This document shows positions 1-8,915 of a stretch of DNA of 18,347 nt, piece after piece (position 1 is the stretch's first letter; the number at the start of each line of letters is the position of its first letter). Origin of the DNA: an uncultured Chlamydiae bacterium (GTDB lineage Bacteria; Chlamydiota; Chlamydiia; Chlamydiales; Parachlamydiaceae); the NCBI GenBank assembly GCA_963830365.1, contig CAWHMU010000026.1, positions 1-18,347 on the forward strand, read 5' to 3'. The translations under genes and the position numbers were made by a program. A model generated the notes under the pieces. That model was given only the letters and a program-made list of their open reading frames with translations. It was not told the DNA's origin and ran no database searches.

Positions 1-240
1 TGCAATTGAATTTTTCAGATCTGGTCATAGCGATCGTAAAACAAATCCGTGGCTTGGGGTGATCTCGATTTAGACCCCAATGTGTTACGCAATCAATTGA
101 TCTCAGATCAGCGATAAAAAGGCGGTGATCGCGCCCGTACAAGAGAACGGGCCAGCTCTACCCTCTATGGGAGACATCTCCACTTGTCTACCTTTTGCGC
201 CCTCGGAAGTGTGAGATTTTATGGTGGACAGAATTTGCAA

Positions 241-282
241 TGGAGGCAGGCTTGCCATTTGCAAATGGCAAGCCTGCTTCCA
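241..282. terminator. 42-bp near-perfect palindrome, candidate (bidirectional) terminator hairpin
   Basis: TGGAGGCAGGCTTGCCATTTG|CAAATGGCAAGCCTGCTTCCA: 246-277 is a perfect palindrome, extending to 241-282 with one G/T mismatch. Lies 10 nt past the PEGA gene stop (293). No clear U-tract. Confidence 0.5.
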
Positions 283-292
283 ACACTGGCTC

Positions 293-787
293 CTAATTTT
301 GATTTTGCTGGGCCAACTGAAAATGCACGGCGTTTCTGTCAAGTTCGCAATCTGCTCGCGTGGCAAGATCTACGCCTGCTCCCAAAAGCCCAAGGCCTGT
401 TCCGGCTAGACATCCTAATACACCCATCCCTGCCACACTGACTAGTCCCCATTGTGTGGTGCCATAGATTGCTAGTCCGCATAAGGCTCCCACGGTAACT
501 CCTACAGCAGACATGGCAAGGTTAGATCCGACCTTTCCGGTATGGCTGGAGGTAACACAGGCTTGCTGGCTCTGGTAACCGGGTTTTTCCACCACAATGG
601 TATGATCATACCGCCTGTCGAGTTCTACGACTAAAGGGGTCACGCCGCAATCATAGCCGTCGATGACGACCTGGGCATCATTTGGCTGTGTGGTCACGCA
701 AACTTTTTCGGTGCGATCGCAATGAGAACGGCAGCAGCTGGTACAAAAGAGGGATAGACTCATGAGCACTAACGTTAGTTTATACAT
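293..787 (-). CDS. PEGA-domain putative lipoprotein with C-terminal Gly-rich hydrophobic helices
   Basis: Signal peptide with lipobox-like LFCTSC; PEGA-type motif VTTQPNDAQVVIDG..CGVTPL..HTIVVEKPGY; AAGGA SD upstream. Confidence 0.85.
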   Translation of the reverse strand: MYKLTLVLMSLSLFCTSCCRSHCDRTEKVCVTTQPNDAQVVIDGYDCGVTPLVVELDRRYDHTIVVEKPGYQSQQACVTSSHTGKVGSNLAMSAVGVTVGALCGLAIYGTTQWGLVSVAGMGVLGCLAGTGLGLLGAGVDLATRADCELDRNAVHFQLAQQNQN

Positions 788-837
788 ATTAATTCCTTAT
801 GGTTGTTTTAGGATGATTATGAAAAGATTGGGTTTTT

Positions 838-858
838 ATAATGAACAACGTTCATTAT
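838..858. promoter_or_regulatory. Putative TetR operator upstream of the PEGA gene
   Basis: ATAATGAAC-AAC-GTTCATTAT, perfect 9-bp arms with a 3-nt spacer. The 14-bp core recurs, inverted, upstream of tetR. Confidence 0.75.
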
Positions 859-870
859 GGTGAAAAAAAA

Positions 871-1470
871 TTAGCTTAGCCCTACGCCAATGCGGTAGCC
901 TAAGATGTAGTTATGAAACATATCCTGGCACAGCTCAAGGGTGTTTTGGGTCTCTTTGAAACGCAGGCGTTGCTTTAGGCTTAAGCTGCAGATGCCGTGC
1001 AAAGCGCTCCATAGGATTTTGACGGCTTTTTCAGTATCTTTTCTGGGGCCTCGCAAGATAGGGTGGAAGGTGTTTGAGATTTTTTGAAAGAGCTGCTCGC
1101 TTTGCTCCTTATACCAAGTCGGGATTTCGATTTTAAGCGGATATTCCAGCAGTAAAAACCACTCGGCGTGGCTATGCTCGGCAAAGGCAATATAATTTTG
1201 GCAAATTTTATGAATGATCTCTTTGGCACTATCACTAGCGGTGATATTCTCAAACATGCACACTGTCAAAATATCCAAAGTGGTGCCGTTGAAGCAAATG
1301 ATCAAGTCATCCAGCGTTTTGTAGTGGTTGTAAAAAGTTCCCACCGAACAGCCGGCGGCCTTAGCGATTTTACGCACATCGAGTCCGTCCAGCCCCTTTG
1401 CCTTAACCAGCTGGCGCAGGATCGTTACAAAAGCATACTTTGAACCGGTACTTGCATTTTTGAGAGTCAT
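871..1470 (-). CDS. TetR/AcrR family regulator with WHG-type C-terminal domain
   Basis: HTH motif GLDGLDVRKIAKAAGCSVGTFYNHY; C-terminal LWSALHGICSL; AAGGTG SD. Confidence 0.93.
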   Translation of the reverse strand: MTLKNASTGSKYAFVTILRQLVKAKGLDGLDVRKIAKAAGCSVGTFYNHYKTLDDLIICFNGTTLDILTVCMFENITASDSAKEIIHKICQNYIAFAEHSHAEWFLLLEYPLKIEIPTWYKEQSEQLFQKISNTFHPILRGPRKDTEKAVKILWSALHGICSLSLKQRLRFKETQNTLELCQDMFHNYILGYRIGVGLS

Positions 1471-1484
1471 GGCGCACCTTACTT

Positions 1485-1499
1485 ATGAACGTTGTTCAA
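1485..1499. promoter_or_regulatory. Putative TetR autoregulatory operator
   Basis: ATGAAC-GTT-GTTCAA; its reverse complement matches 841-855 at 14/15 nt. Overlaps the predicted -10 and start site of tetR. Confidence 0.72.
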
Positions 1500-1526
1500 T
1501 TTAGGCGCTGGTACGCTTTTTGTCAA
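1498..1526 (-). promoter_or_regulatory. Sigma70-type promoter of tetR
   Basis: Minus strand TTGACA (1526-1521), 17-nt spacer, TAAATT (1503-1498). Confidence 0.65.
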
Positions 1527-1640
1527 GTCAAAAGAAACGCCGCGAACTGGGCACAGGCAAGCAAGAGGGCCGCGCGACAACAAAGCCGGCGCATAGCTAA
1601 ATCGTTCTAGCAAGTACTCTTCGTGGCAGTGTGTGGCCGC

Positions 1641-2291
1641 CTAACTTTCAATGGATAGGCTGTATTCGTCCAATTGTTTTTGAATCTTTTCTTGTAGGCC
1701 GGCTGCATTTGTTTCTAAGGTTTTGATTTGTTTTTGCTCGGCAAGATACCTCTTTCGGCCATTCTCGACATGTTCGGCAGCATCAGCTCGCCATGTATTG
1801 ATAAAGCTTTGAAACGCTTGCTTTGTGGGCTGTACGGCAAGGGTCATGGCGGTCTGGTACTTCTCCACAAAAGCCTCGGATACATCTCCAAGGAAAGGCG
1901 TGCCAAGCGCTGCGTTTAAGCCTATTGCCTCCAGCGCCTCTTGCTGCGTTATCGCCGTTTGTGTCAATACCGAGAGTTTCTTTTCAGTTTCTTTCAAGCA
2001 GGCATATTTATCTAATATCGGGAGCACGTGATCAGGTGCAAAAGATTTCCCCTGCATTTGTTGTGCCATCTGACATTTTCCAGTACCGCCGGCCCAAACC
2101 TGCTGCAAAGCAGACTGTATCTTGGCAAGCTGCTGGCGGATCTTTGGGTGGAAATCCGTGCCACCGATGAGCCTTTGGTAGACCCAAAGGCGCTTGTCTT
2201 GTTCGCTAATCTGACCAGTGCGGAACACATATTGACAGGCTTCGCCAGACTTTTGATAGAAGAATATGGCTCCAAAATGTGATGCAGTCAT
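1641..2291 (-). CDS. Hypothetical protein, helical with coiled-coil-like C-terminus
   Basis: 216-aa ORF filling the region, AAGGA SD-like upstream, Q/K/E/A-rich composition; no recognisable family. Confidence 0.7.
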   Translation of the reverse strand: MTASHFGAIFFYQKSGEACQYVFRTGQISEQDKRLWVYQRLIGGTDFHPKIRQQLAKIQSALQQVWAGGTGKCQMAQQMQGKSFAPDHVLPILDKYACLKETEKKLSVLTQTAITQQEALEAIGLNAALGTPFLGDVSEAFVEKYQTAMTLAVQPTKQAFQSFINTWRADAAEHVENGRKRYLAEQKQIKTLETNAAGLQEKIQKQLDEYSLSIES

Positions 2292-2425
2292 GAAGTGACA
2301 TCCTTAGTAGTTAACGATGAGTTTCGTCGCGTCAAGGGCTACCATGGTTGGAAACATCAATGAGTTTCCGGCATTGTTCACCTTTTCGGTCAAATCAAGG
2401 TGAGCATGCCCCCCTTTACAACCAG

Positions 2426-2512
2426 TCTGCCCTCCGCTGCGTCTCAGCATATCAGCGTCTCTGCGTTAAATTGTCTTGTGGAATTCAACGCAGAGACGCA
2501 GAGGAGGGCAGA
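2426..2512. repeat. REP/REPIN-like inverted-repeat doublet (ACGCAGAG family), copy 1
   Basis: Left arm TCTGCCCTCCGCTGCGTCTC..GCGTCTCTGCGTTAAATT pairs with right arm AATTCAACGCAGAGACGCAGAGGAGGGCAGA. 2482-2503 is identical to 7341-7362. Confidence 0.8.
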
Positions 2513-2932
2513 AATAGTTGTGACCGAAAGTTTTCACTGTGCAAGGTGAACATAGCCGAGTTTCCAGGCCTTTTGTATTTTATTATCGGCATTTAGCGGC
2601 CGCTCTTTTGTTCTCCATTATTTTCTATATCACGAAGCTGGGGTTTTATAGCTAATATTTTTAAACTTCACCAGCTTCTACAAAAATCGACGGAAGGGTC
2701 ACAAGATGATCGGACATGACCGATACGAGATTTTAGCTGCGGCCGGCCGATAATTCTTTCTATAAGCCATTCATTAATAAGTAGATGACAGTAACTAATT
2801 ATCTAACTAATTCTGAATTAATCATCGTGGCTTGTTTGTGATTTGTTTGAATTGGCTTATATATCTTATAATTTGATATAATTGATATTAATATGCTTGT
2901 TGATTGATGTTTATTATTAACAAGGTGGGTTT

Positions 2933-5332
2933 ATGGGCGGTGTTTTACCGAGCGATAGTGGCCAGCCATATGTGCCTCTTGAAGGAGACAATAAGCTCCC
3001 AGCTGAACAAAAACATCATGAGAAAGTAGCAAAGTCTTCAGCTTCAATTAAGCCGGCTTTGGAATCCTCCGCCTCTCAGATAGACCTGCAGAAGCGTCGC
3101 TTTCTGCTGGTGAAAAGGGAACTGTTGTCCTCCTGGGAAAAAAGAGCCATCGCGCAATTAAAAAAAGAATCGCATGGGCAGATTACTAAGAGTCAATTTG
3201 AACGTTCTGACAACCCTGTTTATAGGCAAGTTGCGCCTTCATATTATAAACGCGAGGATGTGATTAAACTCATTAACAGTTTGGGGATTGGTGCCGAAAA
3301 AGAGTCTTATCGAGACATCTCAGGACTCGTTGAAAAGCTTGAATCTATAAAAGTTGAACTCGCTAAGACAGAGGGTCCATACGCAGCGGTACAGAAACAT
3401 GTTAAGTTATTTAGCAGCCTGATCAACACACTTATCCGCTCTATAAGAAATAAGCAGAAGCTGGCGGTTTTTGGTGAATGGAATCAGCTTCGAAGATTGA
3501 CAGACCATCTGCTTGAGAAATTGGTAAATACCCTTATTGAAAAAACAGGCTCTAAAGACTTCACAATATTAGTGCGCGATATTTTTGGAGGACAAATCTA
3601 CAAAGCTTATGCTTCTAAAGGATCAGCTTCACAAGACTCTAAAATCGACAGTTCAGCTACAGTCCGCTATCTTGATCAAACCATCAATGCTTGGTACCGT
3701 TTCGATGACGTGGTGGATACACTCAAATCGCAATGTAATTTCATCAATGATAAATTAACGGCCGCAAAATTAGATCCTGATAAGAGAAGTCATCTGGAGG
3801 ATCTTCAAGCGCTGTATGCAACGAGTCTGGCACAAGTTCAACAATGGCATAGCCGGCATGTAAATCACCCATTGATGTTTTCTGAGCAGCTGTTGTTAAA
3901 AATTATGGATAAGGGAACGGGTTCTGCTGATGAGCTATCAAAATACCTGCGTAAGGATATCCTATCGGATTTGACGCGCCTGCTGCGCAGTCATGTGACT
4001 ACTTATTTTTCAAAAAGGGAAATTGAAGGCATTCGATCTAATCCGCGCTTTAAAGGATTGGATATTAAAAGCCTAAAACCATGCTTTAAAATGACCGAGG
4101 ATGTCGCCACCAAAGAAGGCGTCGAAAATCTTAGAGAGCTATTGGCCGCGCGCAGCGCTGCCATCTTAGGTTTAGCAGATTGTTTAGCCATCAAGCATCC
4201 TGAGCCGGAAAAAGATCCCGCCAAGTTGACCAATGCAATTAGTTCTAGGGTATTGGATCCCTTTCCGGTGGATGACTTTCTACAATATCTTCAATTCAAA
4301 TCGTATGTGCCCTATTTTGAGGCAAAAAAATATAAATACGAATCCGAGCTAAAAACTGATCATGACCAAACCAGTGATCTCAAGGCCAAATTGCTTGATG
4401 TCACGCAGAGTTTAAACGAATGCAAGCAAGGCATTTCAAATCTTGAAGCCCGCATATTTAGTGCTGATTTCATATTAAAGCTAGGCCAGCTGGTGCTGCT
4501 TGATTTAATCTATTGCAGTACCGACTCACATATTAACCAATATAAGCTCGATTCATTCTCCGGCACAGTTAAAACGATAGACTTTGCACGTTTTGCACCT
4601 TTTGATGTCGTGGCAAATAACTCTAAAGGCGAGACCTACGCCCATTTGCGTTCAGCGCTTTTGTGTTGTATGGCTGCAGAAACATTGTTGAGCGAGGATC
4701 TCATTCAGCTGATTCGTGACTGGGATATCGACAGCATTGCCAAGAGTCATCAGGTAGCAGGCTTGATTTCAACGGCATCGGAATCAGGTCGGCAATTTGA
4801 AAACTACGGGGTTGTCCTGGCAGATCGGCAATTGTATAAAACAGCAAGTGATGATGTGCATGTCGCTATTCCGCAGGAGCTCATTAAAAAGTATGCGATC
4901 CAACCAGGTGCAGATAGAAACTTACAGTTAGCAGAATTGCTAGCAGGCGTTGAGCGCGCAGAAAATGCGCTTAAGTTTGAAAGTTTCCAAAAAATCGATT
5001 TTAATGCTTTTCAAGGCGTGATCGATCGGATGAAGCAAGCCCAAGCATATATCAATAAGCACGAAAATCCGACATTTTTAGGTCTGCGCGATGCCATTTA
5101 TCCTGAACTTTCAATCTTCTTGCATGTTTTAGACAAATGTAAAGGTGCTGCCACCGGATTGTTAATCGCTCGCTACTCTTTGGAAGAAATTAAGGCGATG
5201 GCTGAAGAGAAAAACTTGGTTTCTCATCAGGAGCTGGAGCTGATGGGACAGTCAATCAAAGAGTTGTCGGCACGAGGAGCAAAGTACTCAGATATGTATA
5301 ATGATATGTTTCAGTTTATCTCCAGAAGATAG
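2933..5332 (+). CDS. Large hypothetical protein with atypical PI3/PI4-kinase-like domain; candidate secreted effector
   Basis: 799-aa ORF with AAGGTGG SD. Ordered motifs PCFK..E, RE..AA...ILGL, LLDLIYCSTDSHINQY and TIDFARF resemble the type II PI4K/HipA-like core. Confidence 0.75.
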   Translation: MGGVLPSDSGQPYVPLEGDNKLPAEQKHHEKVAKSSASIKPALESSASQIDLQKRRFLLVKRELLSSWEKRAIAQLKKESHGQITKSQFERSDNPVYRQVAPSYYKREDVIKLINSLGIGAEKESYRDISGLVEKLESIKVELAKTEGPYAAVQKHVKLFSSLINTLIRSIRNKQKLAVFGEWNQLRRLTDHLLEKLVNTLIEKTGSKDFTILVRDIFGGQIYKAYASKGSASQDSKIDSSATVRYLDQTINAWYRFDDVVDTLKSQCNFINDKLTAAKLDPDKRSHLEDLQALYATSLAQVQQWHSRHVNHPLMFSEQLLLKIMDKGTGSADELSKYLRKDILSDLTRLLRSHVTTYFSKREIEGIRSNPRFKGLDIKSLKPCFKMTEDVATKEGVENLRELLAARSAAILGLADCLAIKHPEPEKDPAKLTNAISSRVLDPFPVDDFLQYLQFKSYVPYFEAKKYKYESELKTDHDQTSDLKAKLLDVTQSLNECKQGISNLEARIFSADFILKLGQLVLLDLIYCSTDSHINQYKLDSFSGTVKTIDFARFAPFDVVANNSKGETYAHLRSALLCCMAAETLLSEDLIQLIRDWDIDSIAKSHQVAGLISTASESGRQFENYGVVLADRQLYKTASDDVHVAIPQELIKKYAIQPGADRNLQLAELLAGVERAENALKFESFQKIDFNAFQGVIDRMKQAQAYINKHENPTFLGLRDAIYPELSIFLHVLDKCKGAATGLLIARYSLEEIKAMAEEKNLVSHQELELMGQSIKELSARGAKYSDMYNDMFQFISRR

Positions 5333-5564
5333 ATTTCCAATCACCTATTTCAATTGCCTAAGGTTTTTTTTTAGAGTGCTATCTGCCAGAAAGTTCAATG
5401 CAGAGATGGGAAGGGTATGCGACGATGCAAAGAGCTACTAGGTTTTGGGCCTCAACCGGAAGACGATGGATTAACCAAGAGCTGCCGAGCTGCCAGATGT
5501 TGTTACTGCTGATCGAGGCCGGCACTCTGCGCTTCGCTGTCTTGATGGGGGATAACATTTGGCG

Positions 5565-6140
5565 TTATTTCAGCCGGTTGATGAAGAAAAAATTGTTGGT
5601 CATGTGCGCAGCGATAGGGGCTGAAAGTCCGAAATTATAAGCTAGATAGGCGTAGGCTAATCCAGAAATGCCTGCCAGTGTGGATTGTATGGCCGCTGCC
5701 AGGTTATATCCGTTAGGGATATGCACAGCACCAAAGAGCGCTGCGCTCACTACTGAAGCTTCGATATCGGGGCGGGAATGATTGCGTGCCAGTAATGTTT
5801 GATGCAGACCATTCATGATCAGGCCTCTAAAAACGAGCTCTTCAACCAATGGTGCGGCGATGCAGGTGATTACTTTTCCTAAGGCAGCCGCGCTTTTTAT
5901 AAGTGCTTTTTCTTGGAATTGCAGTTTGGTTCGATCAAAGATAGTATGGATTTTCCAACGGATGGCCAATCTTATCGGTATATCGATAGCCGCATATGAA
6001 ATCCCTGCCAGCACTCCACTGGCAACTTCGGAGATGGAAGGGATCCTCTGCCAGCTCCAAAACGGGGCCGTAACCTCAGCCGGCGGCTCTGTCAGGGTGG
6101 CATTTTGCAGGGCTGAACGTAGCGATGATGCGATTATCAT
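5565..6140 (-). CDS. CPBP family (CAAX/Abi) intramembrane glutamic endopeptidase
   Basis: Motifs APLVEELVFRG, FGAVH, AAHMTNN; ATGA overlap with the upstream kinase stop (6137-6140). Confidence 0.9.
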   Translation of the reverse strand: MIIASSLRSALQNATLTEPPAEVTAPFWSWQRIPSISEVASGVLAGISYAAIDIPIRLAIRWKIHTIFDRTKLQFQEKALIKSAAALGKVITCIAAPLVEELVFRGLIMNGLHQTLLARNHSRPDIEASVVSAALFGAVHIPNGYNLAAAIQSTLAGISGLAYAYLAYNFGLSAPIAAHMTNNFFFINRLK

Positions 6141-7168
6141 TTTGCTTGGCTGGCATACTGGCTAAGGGTCTTATTGATTTGGGCTTTAAGGCCTGGCCAT
6201 TTGGCGGGGGGGATTTCGGCGCCGAGGCTCGTGACAGCGGTGCTGCCGAGCAGGTTGCCGAGCCAGGCGCAGTCTTTCAGTGCATAGTCTTTGAGGTAGC
6301 CGTGGATGAAGCCGCAGGCGAAGAGGTCGCCGGCGCCGGTACTGTCGATGGCCTCGGCTTTGATGCCGGGGGATTGGATGAGCTCCTTGCCGTTGCTGGC
6401 CCAGCAGCCGTCCTTGCCGATGCCGACGACGGCCGTTGGGCAGATGCTGGCCAAACTTTCGCAGGCCTGCTGTGGAGGAAGGTCTGTCAGGGCATGGGCT
6501 TCGTCCTGGTTGGCGAAGACGATATCGGCATAGGTCTTTAGCAGGCGCAGGATGTCGGTCTGATAGGTTTTAGCGATCCTTGGACAGCCCATATCCATGG
6601 AGATGGCGGCGCCCAGGCTTTTGGCGAGCTGCATGACGGACTCTACGTAGGGGATATGCAGCTCATCGAGCATATAGCCTTCGACATGCAGCAGGCGCAC
6701 GTTTTCAAGTAGGGCAGGGTCGAGTTCGGCCTCAGTCATCAGGTGGTTGGCGCCGGAGTAGCTGAGGAAGGAGCGCTGGTGGTCGGGGGTGACGAAGACG
6801 GCGATCTGCGAGGTGGGGATGCTGCCTACGCTGAGCAGGGAGTGGATGCCTAGATGTTTGATTTTGTCGCGGAAGAAAATTCCCAATTCGTCATGGCCGA
6901 TTTTGCCATAGAAGGCGGTGGCATGGCCCAGGCTGGCCAAACCCTTGATGGTATTGGCAGAGGTGCCGCCGGTGGCCATCACGCATGCGTAGTCGAGGTC
7001 TGCACAAGCCTGCAGCACGGATGAAAAGATATCCCAGCTGACACTTTTGCCGTCACCCTTGGCGATCGACATATCTATTAAGAACTTGTCATCGACGCGG
7101 TAAAGTAAGTCCACGCAGGCCGAGCCGATGCCTACGATATCGTAAAAGTTGGTAGGCTGAGTCTTCAT
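6137..7168 (-). CDS. PfkB family carbohydrate/nucleoside kinase (adenosine kinase-like)
   Basis: GGTSANTIKGLASLG, FANQDEA and DSTGAGDLFACGF signatures. Start placed at MKTQ (7168), which has an AGGTG SD, rather than 7225. Confidence 0.92.
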   Translation of the reverse strand: MKTQPTNFYDIVGIGSACVDLLYRVDDKFLIDMSIAKGDGKSVSWDIFSSVLQACADLDYACVMATGGTSANTIKGLASLGHATAFYGKIGHDELGIFFRDKIKHLGIHSLLSVGSIPTSQIAVFVTPDHQRSFLSYSGANHLMTEAELDPALLENVRLLHVEGYMLDELHIPYVESVMQLAKSLGAAISMDMGCPRIAKTYQTDILRLLKTYADIVFANQDEAHALTDLPPQQACESLASICPTAVVGIGKDGCWASNGKELIQSPGIKAEAIDSTGAGDLFACGFIHGYLKDYALKDCAWLGNLLGSTAVTSLGAEIPPAKWPGLKAQINKTLSQYASQAK

Positions 7169-7226
7169 CTGTGCACCTGTGTTGTCTTGGCAATTAATTC
7201 TTCGATAATTCCCCGCACTAGACATT

Positions 7227-7391
7227 TTTCAATTTTCGTTGCGTGACTGCGTCTTCGCTGCGTCTCTGCGTTGAAACGGATTCATCGGTTATTGACCAAG
7301 TACAATGTTTCGAGTTTTATTGCAATAAGGCATTTAAGAAAATTCAACGCAGAGACGCAGAGAAGGCGCAGAGACGCAACGAAAATTGAAA
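7227..7391. repeat. REP/REPIN-like inverted-repeat doublet (ACGCAGAG family), copy 2
   Basis: 49-bp arms 7227-7275 and 7343-7391, 45/49 complementary, 67-nt spacer; between gatB and the PfkB gene. Confidence 0.88.
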
Positions 7392-7435
7392 CCAAGAGGT
7401 TAGATTGACCACACAATGCTAGAGACTCACAAAAG

Positions 7436-8902
7436 CTACTGGAAGCTGTTGATTTTCTCTTTGAGCAGATCGTTGACCACTTGCGGCGAGGCTTTGCCTC
7501 TGGACAGCTTCATCACCTGGCCGACCAAGAAGGCGAAGGCTTTGTCGCGGCCGGCTTTGAAGTCCGCCACCGATTGCATATTTTCGGTGACCACCTGGTC
7601 GACATAGCGTCCGATTTCACCGCTGTCATGCAGCGGCAGGTAGTCGGGATTTTCCGCCACGATCAGGGCCGGGTCTTTGCCGGGGGAGGCCATCATATCG
7701 TCGGCCACGGCTTTGGCGATGCGGCCGGTGATGGTGCCTTTCTCGATCATATCGACAAGCTTGCCGAGGTGCGCGGCCGGAATGCCGCAGCTCAGGATCG
7801 TCTGGCCGGAATCTTTCATGCGGCCGGCAAATTCCACGCTGATCCAATTGCACAGGGCTTTGGCGTTGTGGCAGAATTTAAGGCCTTCTTCAAAGTAGTC
7901 AGCTACAAGCTTATCGCTGGTGATGACAAAGGCGTTATGGGCAGGCAGGGCCAGCTCATTGATATAGCGGCGTTCGCGCTGCAGCGGCAGCTCCGGCAGG
8001 GCCTTTCTGATCTCCTCGATATAGGCATCGGTCAGCAGGATGGGTACTAGATCGGGTTCGGGGAAATAGCGGTAGTCATCGGCCTGTTCTTTGCGGCGCA
8101 TAAGGACGGTCTCTTTCTTTTCCGGATCCCAACGGTAGGTGGCTTGGGTGATGACTTCGTGGTGGGGTTTGGCGGCATGGATGGTGTATTCGCGGATCTG
8201 GCGTTTGATTTCCGCTTCGAGCGCCATTTCCATGTTGCTGAAGGAGTTCATGTTTTTGACTTCGATTTTGTTGCGCAGTTCCTTTTCGCCCTTTACCCTG
8301 ACGGAGATGTTGGCATCGATGCGCAGCGAGCCTTCTTCCATGTTGCAGTCGCTGGCGTCGATATACTGCAAAATGGCGCGCACCGCCATGGCATAGGCGA
8401 CGGCTTGCCGCGGCGTATGCATGCAGGGTTCTGAGACGATTTCGACCAGCGGCACGCCGGCCCGGTTGTAATCGACACCGGCAAAGGTGGGGAAGTGCTT
8501 GAGCATGCCGGCATCGTCTTCCAGATGCACGTGATGGACGGCGAAAGTCATTTCTACGCCGTCGACATCAGCTACCACACTACCGCCGATGACAATCGGT
8601 TCATCAAATTGGGTGATTTGGAAGTTGCGCGGGCTGTCGGGATAGAAATACGATTTGCGGTCGAACTTGCTGAATTTGGCCACGCGGGCATCGATGGCAC
8701 AGCCCAGCTGTACGGCTTTGCGCACGGCTTCTTTATTGACTACCGGCAATGCGCCCGGCTGGCCGGTGCACACTTCGGTGATATTGGTATTGGGTTCATC
8801 GCCAAAGCGGTTGGGAGCACAGCTGAAAAGTTTCGATTTGGTATTGAGTTCGGCATGGATTTCAAGGCCGATGACTGTTTCCCACTGAGTTGGTTGATTC
8901 AT
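7436..8902 (-). CDS. gatB: Asp-tRNA(Asn)/Glu-tRNA(Gln) amidotransferase subunit B
   Basis: VIGLEIHAEL, FDRKSYFYPD, HLEDDAG, DYNRAGVPLVEIVSEP, EVKNMNSF, DYRYFPEPDL. Confidence 0.99.
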   Translation of the reverse strand: MNQPTQWETVIGLEIHAELNTKSKLFSCAPNRFGDEPNTNITEVCTGQPGALPVVNKEAVRKAVQLGCAIDARVAKFSKFDRKSYFYPDSPRNFQITQFDEPIVIGGSVVADVDGVEMTFAVHHVHLEDDAGMLKHFPTFAGVDYNRAGVPLVEIVSEPCMHTPRQAVAYAMAVRAILQYIDASDCNMEEGSLRIDANISVRVKGEKELRNKIEVKNMNSFSNMEMALEAEIKRQIREYTIHAAKPHHEVITQATYRWDPEKKETVLMRRKEQADDYRYFPEPDLVPILLTDAYIEEIRKALPELPLQRERRYINELALPAHNAFVITSDKLVADYFEEGLKFCHNAKALCNWISVEFAGRMKDSGQTILSCGIPAAHLGKLVDMIEKGTITGRIAKAVADDMMASPGKDPALIVAENPDYLPLHDSGEIGRYVDQVVTENMQSVADFKAGRDKAFAFLVGQVMKLSRGKASPQVVNDLLKEKINSFQ

Positions 8903-8915
8903 AAGTTTGTGCTTC

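Noticed and set aside
2310..2410. GACGAAAC (minus strand) with nearby small hairpins as a hammerhead ribozyme
   Set aside because: No correctly placed CUGANGA core.
2348..2596. 82-aa ORF, and similarly 12526-12750 (-)
   Set aside because: Both read through repeat arms (QRRDAEE, LCASVV) and have no coding support.
5333..5564. ORF 5398-5640 or a frameshifted CPBP extension; T9 run at 5364-5372 as a terminator
   Set aside because: The CPBP motifs are complete, alternative frames are short and featureless, and no convincing stem precedes the T run.
5565..6140. CPBP 'Abi' protein as a phage-defence gene
   Set aside because: The Abi label for this family is historical, and there is no defence-gene context here.
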